Assembly: GCA_905178155.1 (NCBI GenBank)
Contig: CAJINV010000008.1
Span: 3,460,013 to 3,524,012 of the forward strand
Reading direction: 5' to 3'
Source of the DNA: Amoebophrya sp. A120
Taxonomy: Eukaryota; Protista; Dinoflagellata
Length of the DNA: 64,000 nt
A program made the translations under genes and the position numbers. Numbering within the stretch: position 1 is the stretch's first letter; each line of letters opens with the position of its first letter. A model generated the notes under the pieces. It saw nothing but the letters and a program-made list of their open reading frames with translations, did not search any database and was not told the DNA's origin. Positions 50,854-61,385 of the stretch are shown here, in pieces.

Positions 50854-53358
50854 ATGCCACTGGACCTCGGCGACGTGTTTATCCTGCGGTTCAAGGACCT
50901 GCGTCTGGACCGCATTCACTCCAAATGCCTGGTCCACGCCAAAGTTGTCGACAACTGGGTACCGGCGGGCGGCAAAGAGATTTTTGCCACCCTGCTGGAG
51001 GACGACAACGGCGACCGGCTGCGCCTGGTAGTGCTGCAGGGCAGGAACGTCGAAAAGTGCGTCATAGGTGGAAACAAGCAGGAGGAGGGAGCAAGATTGC
51101 CGGAGGAAGTGGAGGGGGGAGGACGAGCGCAGGAAATAAAGAACGAAGGGACGCAGGAAAAGAAGGTTCAGGACAGCAGCGGAGATACATCTCCAACACC
51201 TGCAGTCGACAATACAGAAGAAAGAGAGCAGGCCTCAAGTTCTACTACAAGAACATCTTCGGGCGGTAGTACTTCTAGTACGGATGTGGTGGCAGAGAAA
51301 AAAGCGCAGGAAAGGATTAGCACGGAGGCACAATCGGTTTGTTCGGCAAAAACTGCATCGGCGTTCACCGCGGCAGATCGGGTCCAAGGACAAGATCGCA
51401 ATGTCCGGTTCACGCTGGCGGACATGCAGGGGCAGTTTCCGCCGGGATCCCGTATCACCCTGCAGGAGCCGTGGTTCAAGATTTTGTACGACGGGACGCA
51501 CGGGCTGCGTGTGGAAAACCTGAACCTCATGCGGGGGATCCAGATCGTTGGCCTGATAAACGACGAGAACAAGAAGTCTGCAGCAGTTCCCGCGGCTGCT
51601 AGTGCTGGTGCTGGCCGCCAACAGGCGAGCGCGTCCTCGTCTGTTCGATCTACACCTGAAGACGAGGTCACATTATGAACAATAACTGAACATCAATCAT
51701 TCCAATTGTAGTGACGGAGATCATGTTGTTGCTGTTCCTGTTGAGTAACAGAAATTTCAAAGTGATGTGCATCTGCATGGTGCATGATGGTCGTGCAGTT
51801 CTCACAGTAGAGTCTAACTACATTCGACGAAGAGACCGGTGGCTGTTCAAAAAGCGTTTCCAATCTCCACACAGGTTGCAGACCGTGTTTCGAAGCTGCA
51901 GGAGCAGGGCAAAATTTGCGTCCAGCGGATGGACTTCGATCAGGCGCTTCAACTGTACGACCTCGGTCTGCAGGTGATGACGTCCAACGAAACATTGTCT
52001 CGTTTGCGGAAGGAAAAAGCGCCGCTGTTCCACAGCAACCGGAGCCTGTGCTTCTTGAAAAAGAAAATGTTCAAAAGCGCGGCAGAAGAAGCAGAAAAAG
52101 CCGTGAAAACGGATCCGGGGTTTCTGAAAGGCTACCTGCGCGCCAGCGAAGCCTGGGAAAAACTGGGAAAGCACGTACTACGCCTGATATGATTTCTGTA
52201 ACTGTGGTCTTTCTTGTTCGAATCCAAGGAGTGGAGTAGCATCCAGTTGCTCCCGCTTTGAATCGCGAACAAATTTTGAACTACGCGAGGGAGCAACGCT
52301 TGGGTTTTTTATTGTTTGATTCCTTCTACTACAGCTAGAGAGCTAGCAGGGAATTTCTTTTTCGAAGCGACGCACTCCTGGGACCCCGTTTTTTCATTCA
52401 GATTCAATCGTTTCCCCACGGTTAAAGTCAAATGTAAATCTGTTTCATTCCGCAGGGCCGCGCCGTGGAGGTACTGCTGCAGATCCCGACGCTGGTGGAC
52501 CGTCCGAGCGTGGCGAGCGGCGCGCAGCAGGACCAGCTTCGGCCACACATCCAGCTGACCAAAGCGGACCAGGACTTGCTGTACACTCTGTTCAAGCAGT
52601 CGTGTGTGCTGCCGACCACCCCCAGTGCGGTCCTGCGGGTGCTGCAGGAAACGGACGACAAGTTGTGGACCCTGTCCCCCAAGTACTTTCTGGAGGTGTG
52701 CGACTTCGCGGTGAAGACCTTTCTGCTGACGAAATTTCAGTCCGCCCAGCGGAAGTCCATCGACATGCCCGACGAGGAGCTGGACGACGCCATCGCGGAG
52801 AACCCGGCACTGCAAGCGGAACTGCGCGACGACTTGGAGAAGCGCCAGCGCGTGAAGGAAAAAATCCAGGAAACCGCCCTGAAACAGGAGGAGGAGGTCG
52901 TGCGCTTGGTGCCGGTGTTCCTCACGAAACTCGAACGCTACCACGCGCTCGCGGTCCTGTTTGACGCCAAGGAGATCGACATTGCCTGCAAAAATAAAGC
53001 CGACGTTGGAACGACGACGAGGAGTACAACGAGTGCGAGTACTAGCGATGTCAAGAACCCTTCTTCGTCCACGAGGAAGGACAGCAAAAAAAGTGGTGCA
53101 CAACAGGAGCAGCCGGTGGTAAAAGTCTCTTTGGTGGCCCGCTTTGAGCGGATGCGGAAGGATTTGCTGTCCATTCTGCCGCAAAAGGAAGAATCTGCTG
53201 CTGAAGTAGCTGAAAATAAACTAGCTAAAACCTCCCACGAACAACAAAAAGAAGAAACAGGGACGATGAAAACTGACAGGGAACAAGATGATGCGAAAAG
53301 AACTACAGTAGATGGGATGGAAAACAAGAGAATTTCTGACGCATTAAGCGGCGGCTGA
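50854..53358 (+). CDS. TPR-repeat protein
   Basis: TPR helices (LFHSNRSLCFLK..AAEEAEKAVKTDPGFLKGYLRA); GT-AG intron 52175-52455. First junction (~51670-51820) is unresolved, so the 5' ORF might be a separate gene. Confidence 0.65.
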
Positions 53359-54510
53359 AAAGCATAAAAGTTATTGAACAGTGTGTGAAAAAGAAAAGCG
53401 ACGTGGACGTGCACCTTGCGACCGGTCGATGACCGGTTGCAGATGCACAGATCAGCTCCAGATGAGCTGCTGAAGTCACTGTCACTGCGTTCTCGATTTT
53501 ATTTTTGCGCTGATGCATGAAGTTAAAGTGGATGAACTTTGGTTCTTCGAGACGATCCTTTGTTCTCTCAACGTCCACATAATTTGCGTGAAGATTCTTA
53601 GATTGATCTGCTACAATGATATCTCCACATCACACGATGAATTTGTTCCGTTTTCATACAACATGGTCTAATACCTTTCAGCCACGCACTGCCACACAAT
53701 TCGAATGCGATGAACAAGAACGTCGCCAGCGATTTCTCTACTTTTCGCCGCGATCATATCAATCTAATTTTGAGGACGATCTGCCCTTTGGCTATGGAGA
53801 ACGATCTACTTATCATTTTTCTGGTGATAATGTCGATGATCTTCGACCCTGTTGTCGGAGTCGGCCGCAGCGACCGGCAACGAGACCAACACTTTTTACA
53901 CACGTAGAAATTGGTATTGATATTAGGCACAGAAGAAGGCTTTTCCATTTTTGTTTATCGAAAAAGAAGTTCCGATGCAAATGTCTTGAAATTTTTATCT
54001 TTTTCACCGATCTTTCTATACTCTCTCTTCAGGCGACAGTTTGTTTAGTTTGATGGCGACAGTTTAGTTTCACCAAAATCGCGAAGTCTCACTTGTTGTG
54101 TAGCAAGCTCGTTCCTCCAATCTCGTTCTTTCCTTTATCATATACATAACCACGACAGTTGTACACTTTTTTCGCGAAATACAAACCTGCGCAGAGCTGC
54201 TTCTAGAGTGGTCTATAGTCTATTTATTCAGATAACACGTAGCGACAGAGCGTTCAAGTTATTGATTTGAATGTCGTAAACGAAGGAGAACGAAATGGAA
54301 ATGCGCAGCGAATCAATAATTGATTCGTAGGAGGAACCAGTGCTGCACACCAGGAGCTGCCCCGACTCCGTGGCGCCGCCGCAACTACCAGTACACCTAC
54401 AGCAGCAGCAGCAGTCTGGTGAAGAGGATTCTCGTCCTCATAGCCTCAACATAAAGTAACTACTTACGGCTCGTCCGGGCGACGCACCACAAGCACATTT
54501 ACCATCCGAC

Positions 54511-57500
54511 ATGAACAACATGGAGGGTGGTGGCTCTTCTTCATCGCACCTGCACTATGGTGCGGCCATGGCCCTCGACGTGAAGGAGGATGTCGTCCCT
54601 GAGGGCCACACGGTCGAGCTCCGCGCTGACCACATGGCCGCGAAGCGGGAGCTTTTTAATCGGGAGAGGTCCATGATCACGGCGGACATCCAGGGCAGGC
54701 GGACACTGCAGCTGCCCACCCGCGATGAGGCGGTCCGGGCGAAATTGCGCGACTACGGCGTGCCCATCACGCTCTTCGGCGAAGGACCGTATTTTTTCTT
54801 TGATTTTTTGCAATCCGAGTCGCTCGTCATGTTGCAGTGTGTGAAGAGCGATACTTGATGTCCTCGTAAGTACTGTCTTCTACAACAACTTTCGTCACTG
54901 TTTTGTTTCTTGCATCAAGATCATGTGTGAGAAAAAAAAAATAGATCTTCGATTTCACTGCAGGTATGAGAGGCGCGAGCGTCTGCGCGGCATAATGACC
55001 GGGAGCCGGGACACCACGGAGTCTGGCAAAGTAGATGCGGACGGCGGCGCGCCGCAGGACGACGAGCAGCGAGAACTATTTCTTACCGTCGGCAGCGACC
55101 TCTTGAGGGAGCGAAGAAAAGGAATAGCAAAGTATGATATTATGATAATGATTTTTACGACCAAAAAAAAAACAAGCCGAGTAAAGGGAATTCTTTATCG
55201 AGCATTTTATTTCTACTCCTAAAGTATCTTTACAAGGAAAAATCGCATCAAAATGAAAACCCTGTACTCTAGGTTTTCCTTCGCAGCCGCGCAAGCGCGG
55301 TTGGATCAGGAGCGCGAGGACGAAAAGATTCGCGCCGCGCGGGAAGAGGAGAACGAGAAATTTTGCCAGCACGTCACGGACACCGTCTCCATTGAGCTGT
55401 CGCAGGTCGGCGACACGCGGCCGCTGACGCAAGGCCGTTTTTCAAAGGACGGAAACGTCTTCGCCACGAGTAGCTGGACCGGCCACATAAAACTGTGGAA
55501 CAGCCCGCAGGGCACGCATTTTCGCACCCTGCACTCCGGCGTGGAGACCCGTGCGCACGGGGTCTGTTTCGCCAATCTGGACAACAACACCGCGTTGATG
55601 GATACAGCTGCTGCTGCGTCAACTACAAGCGACAATTCTGCTGGTCCACCGCAGCGACTGCATCACTTGGCGGGCGCCATGGCCAATGGCTCGGTGTGCG
55701 TCTGGCGCAGCGACCAGGAGCTGCCGCTTTGCACACTGAAGGGCCATATGCATTGCAATTATGTCTGGGTCTGGGAGGATGCGAACTTGTCATGCTAAGT
55801 CTGGATCGTACAAAAATTTGTGTTGCATGACTGCCAACAGCTGTCCAGTTTTGAACAAGTTTAGAGGCAGTTTGTCATGCAGGATAGGCATGCTAGGGAC
55901 GTCGCAGAACCTGTCATGCTAGGTCCTGCATTCCAAACCTCATGCGGCATGGAAAATATGCATGAGAAGTTTGCATTCTTCCAGACCCAGACATTTTTAC
56001 ATTTGATAGGCCACGAGGACCGCGTGAACCGGGTCGCCTTCCACCCGTCGGGCGCAAACTTAGTCGCTTCCACCAGTCACGACCAGACCTGGCGGCTTTG
56101 GGACGTGGAACGGCAAACAGAGCTGCTTTGTCAGGAGGGCCATTCCAGTGGTACAGTTTTTTTTGGCAGCATACTGAGAAGTTTTCTTTGCAACCTTTTC
56201 TCGTCTCTGCGCAAAAATCACAAAATGTTTGCATGCTCGTTCACGTTGTAGTTGTTGGTCTAGTTGTCGCGCAAGTGCATAGAAGTTGAGGGTGTGTTGT
56301 AGTTGCAACGAACACCAAAATGATGTTGACTTGATTGCAACATCATTTTTCCGAATCGCACTTCTGCAGGTGTTTACGGACTCGCAATACATCCGGATGG
56401 CAGTCTGCTGTGCACCACCGATCTGGGCGGCATCTGTCGCGTTTGGGACCTCCGAACAGGGCGCACCGTGCTGCCACTGCAGGTAAGGGCGAGATCCTGT
56501 TTTCTTTTCATTTCAATTCACGCTATTGAATTACAATTCAATTCACAATCGAGTTTGCATTTGGTAGTATCCAAATTGGAAGTAGTAGAAATCTCTCATC
56601 GATGGCTGATCTCCACTCCTAATCGGTTTATTTCATCACAGGGCCACTACGAGCAAGTCCTCGCTTGCGACTTTAACCAGCGCGGCTTTCTGCTCGCGAC
56701 AGTACGAAGTGCGAATTTGAACTGGATCATTTCGGGATCTGGAAAGTTGTAAGACCATTCGTGGCCTGTTGTAGTTTGTGCCACTACGTTGCTTGTAGTT
56801 TCTGACTCTGCATGAGGGCGACTACTGAAGCTGAAGGATCCTGGTCGTTGTATATGTAAGTACGCTACTACCTAGTGCTATTCCAGACCCGCGAGCATAA
56901 AGTTCGTTTTTGCACTGGATACTCGGCGAGTGACGACAACACCGTGCGTTTTTGGGACCTGCGGAAGCGCAAGTGCGCCAACACGCTGCAGGCGCTATCA
57001 ACTGTAAAAATGTCTGGGTCTGGAAGATTCTGAAACTTGTCATGTACGTTTTGCATGAGTCATGATGTCTGTGATCCATACCCTAGCAATACAGATTTTT
57101 TGAGGGCTTCTTGATGCCTATTACGCATGACAAATGCCTTCCCAGCGTAGCAAAAATGCCAGCACGTGTACAGATGCGACAGGAGTCTGCTTGCGGACAA
57201 AATAAAACAAGGGGGGAAAGGCAAGAAAGGGCAAAGTGACTGCATGACGAAAATATGGGTAAAACACACGGAAAAGGAAGAGGCCACGACGGTAACAGTA
57301 GAGGAATGGAAAGGGAAAGAAGAGCACATGGCAACAATTGAAACGAGGCAGGATCACCTAAAGACAGAAGTTAGGACAGAAGAACGAAAATTCGTAGCGT
57401 ATTGCAATAACGCCATGAGAGCGATAGAGATGGTGAAGAAGCAGCAACGCGAAGGGAGTGGAGGTGTGTGCGTGTGCTTGCTGGATTACGACGAGATGAA

Positions 57501-60129
57501 AGAGAAAACGCGGGGGCTCCTGCGGAAAGAACAAGGGATAGCGCTAGAGCTGCAGGAGGAAATAGAAAAAGCAGAGGAACAGATCCCGGGATTAATAGTA
57601 GCCAGGCGCTGGGGGAAGCAGAACGCGCCCAAAACCCTCGCAAAGAGAGAAGCACAAGGGGGCTATACAGAAGTGATACCCTTGAAGGTGGCAAACGTAT
57701 CGAAGCACGACGACGAATATGCCGAATGGGTTCAGTACGATTTCGGGGCAAAAAATGTGCCGACAAAACCGGTCTGGGAATGGCCGGAAATGTCAAAAAT
57801 AGAAAGACAAGTGTACATCTACCGGAAGATTATAGGAGATGAAAAGAAAGAAGGGCAGAAAACGGAGAAGGGAAGCGGTGAAGGCGGGGACGGCAGAAAG
57901 AAAGGCAGCGCAGGAGAGAGGAAGGGGAAGGGGGCAGGCAGCAGTGCGAAGGAAAACGCTCGCTGCGGAAAAGGCCCCAAGGGGAACACTGCGCCGATGG
58001 ACACGAGCAGGGAGATAGGCAACGGGTCATTAGCAGAAACAATCAGAAAAATGGTAGAAGGGGAAAAGATAAGAGCACAAAAAGAAGGAAGTGAAATGCT
58101 GCAGAGGGCGCTGGATATAATAGGAAGAGCCACAGACCTACTAGAAACAGCCGAAGACGTTCCACTAGAATCCCGCGCGACGCCGAGCAGCAGCACCAGG
58201 AGAGACGTGCCGGAAATAACAGAAGGGCGAAATGAATCAAAAAAAGAAGAAAAGGACGAAACAGAGGAAGATGCGTATTTCTACCCGGCGCAGGAGTATC
58301 AGGGAAGCCGCCCAGGATACGTGTACAAACTTGGGCATTTTGGCATGGGGTATTATAAGGATCAAGGACCGGAGGAGGCAACGCGGGAGATGTTTCAAAA
58401 AATTACGATAGGGGGGCCAGGAGGCAAACTGCCCAAGAGGGAAGTTTCGAAAGAACAGAAAACAGCGAGCAAAGAAGTTGCAGGAGATGCGACGCGACAT
58501 GAGAAGAACACGCAGCAAGTGCGCCAAGTGCCGGAAAAGGAGGACGAAACAGAAGCGACAGCACGAGAAGCAGCAGAACCAGGTGGAGAAGGGGGATTTG
58601 GAGGACTGAAGAAGAAAATCGCTAAAGATATAAGCGAAACAGAGATGGCAAAACAAAGAAGATAAAAAGGAAGAAAAAAGATTCCCAACGCTGGAGGAGC
58701 TGAACGAGAGGGACCGGAAGCGGGACCGCGAAGAGGCAGCGGAGCGGGAAGAGGAGCGCAAGCGGCAGGAAGAATGGAGATCTATGAAAAGACTGAAGTA
58801 TGGAAATCCATTACAAGATGAGTTAGCCCAGAGGTATAGGAACATGCGCTGAGAAATAATGATGAAGGAAATGTCCAAAAATGATGAAAGAAAGAGAACA
58901 GAGAACGAAACATAAGGACGCATAATGGGGGCACAGTGTTCTGGGCGTCGGCGGAGGGGAGAGGAAGCAGAGGAAAGAAAAAGAAAGAGAAGAAAGAAAG
59001 TGGCTCCCTTGGTCGTCACAGCTAGCCTGCAAGGGCTCCGTTTCCGCCAGCTAAAAGGCACGGCGCTGCTAATCATTTCGTCCTCGCCAGCCGGTAGGCA
59101 CGGCGCTGCTATCCCGTCGTCGTCATTGCGTCCCTTTTACTAGTAGGTGGCAACAGGGTTGCTAAGTTAAAGACTGCGCTAAGGCAGCGCCCCCCTTCCC
59201 CAAGGGGCCCCCCGGGGCGGGCGCGGTGGCGGCTCTGCTAACGCGGAGCTTCAAAGTCCGATTCTACCTATGCGCATAAAAAGGGTGCGCGGAAGCAGGT
59301 CGGTAAAGTGCTTGAAAGGGGCATGCTTTGGGGTTGCCCGGCATCGTGATAGGGTCAACGTGTGTGACCAATAGACCCCCTGTATATCATAGCGCGCAAC
59401 CGACCACAAAAGCAGTAGCGTTTTACGTTTGTAAGAATAACCCCGCAAGGCAACACTGGAGCTCCACCTTGCTCGCGGGCTTGGATGGTAAATCAGGTCA
59501 GCCACATCTAACGCCCACAGGCCGTATACACGCGTAAGAAATCGGAAACGGTTCAGCGGATGCGGTCGGGTGGTACCTGTAGGACGTGGAACGGGTGTCC
59601 ACCTAGGGGTATTGGCAGAGGCTGAATCTGTTCTAACGCCACGGCTTTGGCAGAGGCTAAATCTGTTCTAACGCCACCCTGACAGGAGTCAAATGTCAAA
59701 GCGATACGATACGAGCGTAGCAAAAATGGCACTTCCTTTGGTACTCATGCAATATATACAGATTTTTTTGGAATCCAAACGCAGCATCACAAGTTGCATT
59801 CTTCCAGACCCAGACATTTTTGCATTTGATAGGCGCACAGCAAGTGCATCTCCGAGGTCCAGTTCGACGACACGGGGCGGTACTTTCTCACCTCCAGCTA
59901 CGACAAGACGGTCAAGCTGTGGAACGTGGACGACCGGCACTGCGTGAAGGTCCTGGTTGGCCACGAGGCCCGCGTGATGGGCGCGGCAATCTGTCCCGCG
60001 GTCGGACAGAATTTGAGCAGCAAGGGCCGGGCCTTGTCCGCGCTCGTCGCCTCCGTGGCCTTTGACCGGACGTTCAAGTTTTGGGCGACCAACGGAGGAT
60101 ACATCGAGGACGGGATGGACGTGGATTGA
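54511..60129 (+). CDS. PRPF4: U4/U6 snRNP WD40 protein Prp4
   Basis: Prp4 motif [19 protein letters not shown]|[16 protein letters not shown], then WD40 repeats (GHEDRV..FHPSG, WDLRTG, WDLRKR, GHEARV). GT-AG introns 54790-54963, 55132-55272, 56151-56369, 56483-56641, plus three introners. Confidence 0.93.
55747..56008. mobile_element. Introner, family A
   Basis: TSD GGCCA (55742-55746, 56009-56013); KGH|EDRV in frame. Confidence 0.94.
56703..56921. mobile_element. Decayed family-A-like introner
   Basis: TAC...ATA ends, TCTGGAA/TTCCAGA remnants, flanks GACAG/CTCGG; LAT|ASDDNT in frame. Confidence 0.65.
57166..58852 (+). pseudogene. Purine-rich charged/coiled-coil ORF of the nested element, frameshifted near 58635-58660
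   Basis: 499-codon ORF to 58665; a +1 frame continues [20 protein letters not shown]...RYRNMR* to 58852; strong A/G bias unlike host genes. Confidence 0.6.
59045..59123 (+). repeat. Imperfect 40-bp tandem repeat x2
   Basis: CGCCAGC and AGGCACGGCGCTGCTA each recur at a 40-bp period. Confidence 0.8.
59612..59677 (+). repeat. 31-bp direct repeat x2 (TTGGCAGAGGCTRAATCTGTTCTAACGCCAC)
   Basis: Copies at 59612-59642 and 59647-59677, one mismatch. Confidence 0.9.
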
Positions 60130-61385
60130 GGAAAGAAGTAGACACGGAACTGCAAGCACTTTAGTATTTGCAGTCCTGTTGTCTGTTTGAATGGGATGAA
60201 AATTGACATACATGAAGCTCCTCATACCGCATGCTCCTCCATCCGGAGCGGAACAAGAAAAGGAGCGCGCCCGCCCTGTGACTTCTTACCTCGTTTTCCA
60301 CTAGACGCACAGAAGTAGAGAACGCAAGTAAAAACGAACGCGGTACGGGAAACCAGTCTGGAGGCTGGAACACCGTATAGAGAGAACCGAATATTAAGCG
60401 ACACTAATATTACTTTCGCCATTTTTTCCATCACAGTTGTAAGACGACAACTTGGTGGTGGTGACCGATTTCTTTTGCCTAGAGGACTCTCTGCGAGAAA
60501 AGCGGGATCAAAGGTTTTTCTCGACTCTGTTCTTGTTCGAAAGTTGTTTCAAACATTCACAGTTGGGAAGGTACAAAAAAAACATCGGCGTCGTCATAAA
60601 TCACCACAATGATTAAATCGCGCAAATAAAGAACTGCCATTTTTACCTCGGTCGGACCACAAGAAAGTATGTTGCTCAGGTTAAGTCAAGTTCTTGAAAA
60701 CAGTCGTGGACGAATGTCGACAAACAAGCTGCTCGCTGCGTTTCGCGCGAAAGCGCCCTCGGTACGAAAACAAAAGAAGGAGGAACCCTCTCTGTCTCAG
60801 CGAGGGAACGCGAACTTCCTGGGCGTCGAAGTTGAAGCTGATGCTTTTCATGGTCGGTAACTTGCTGCCTTTAAGGCACTGCACTTGCTCGGTACCAAAA
60901 ATGTTGACATTTGCAGCTGCGGACTCTCGTCTCGCAAAGGAAACTCCAAAAGCCGAGAGAGCGCTCGAAATTCGTCGTCGTTTGTTTGGCGCACCTGGCT
61001 GCTATAAGTAGAGTGAGAGGAACTACACTCCATCCTCTACGAAGACGACCTATTTCTATCGATTGCAACTTCGACAGAAAAAGACGACGTCCATTTCCCT
61101 GACGCTAGTAGTGGCAGGGAGCTATCGTTCGATTCCGAAGATACAGTCGAGCTTTTTGTTTTGTTTTCTCGGCTGAGTCATTTTCTTGCCGTTTGAAGCA
61201 GGAAAAGTTTAAGTAGCATTTCACTTACTATTAACACTTTTGAGCGGGTATTCCGTAGTGGTATTTGCAGAAGTCTTTCGAACAAGATCGTAAGAAAATA
61301 CGAATTTCCAGCTTCTGTCGCGGTTTTCGCTTTTCATCTCAGGCTCCTCAACTAGCGGCAGTAAGTGGTCATCCCTGATCAGAAA

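Larger units (their letters stand above)
57159..59713 (+). mobile_element. Nested non-autonomous retroposon-like insertion
   Basis: 15-bp direct repeat AGCGTAGCAAAAATG at 57144-57158 and 59714-59728; 3' tail CGATACGATACG; no LTR or TIR seen. Confidence 0.85.
56996..59831. mobile_element. Family A introner expanded to 2836 bp by a nested insertion
   Basis: Family A TIRs at both ends, TSD GGCGC (56991-56995, 59832-59836); LQA|HSKC in frame. Confidence 0.93.

Noticed and set aside
46988-53184. Long minus-strand ORFs (e.g. 46988-47842, 47963-48745, 52309-53184)
   Set aside because: Antisense shadows of GC3-rich plus-strand exons; no recognisable motifs.
57166-58665. Autonomous introner transposase
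   Set aside because: No recognisable DDE or recombinase motifs; the insert has its own 15-bp TSD, so it is a secondary insertion.
59040-59260. HDV-like or hammerhead ribozyme call
   Set aside because: TCCTCG and CTAA motifs are present, but I could not build the required nested pairings; kept only as a structured-RNA candidate.
1313-59831. Recurring peptides [28 protein letters not shown] in many short ORFs
   Set aside because: They are translations of the family A TIR in different frames, not a protein family.
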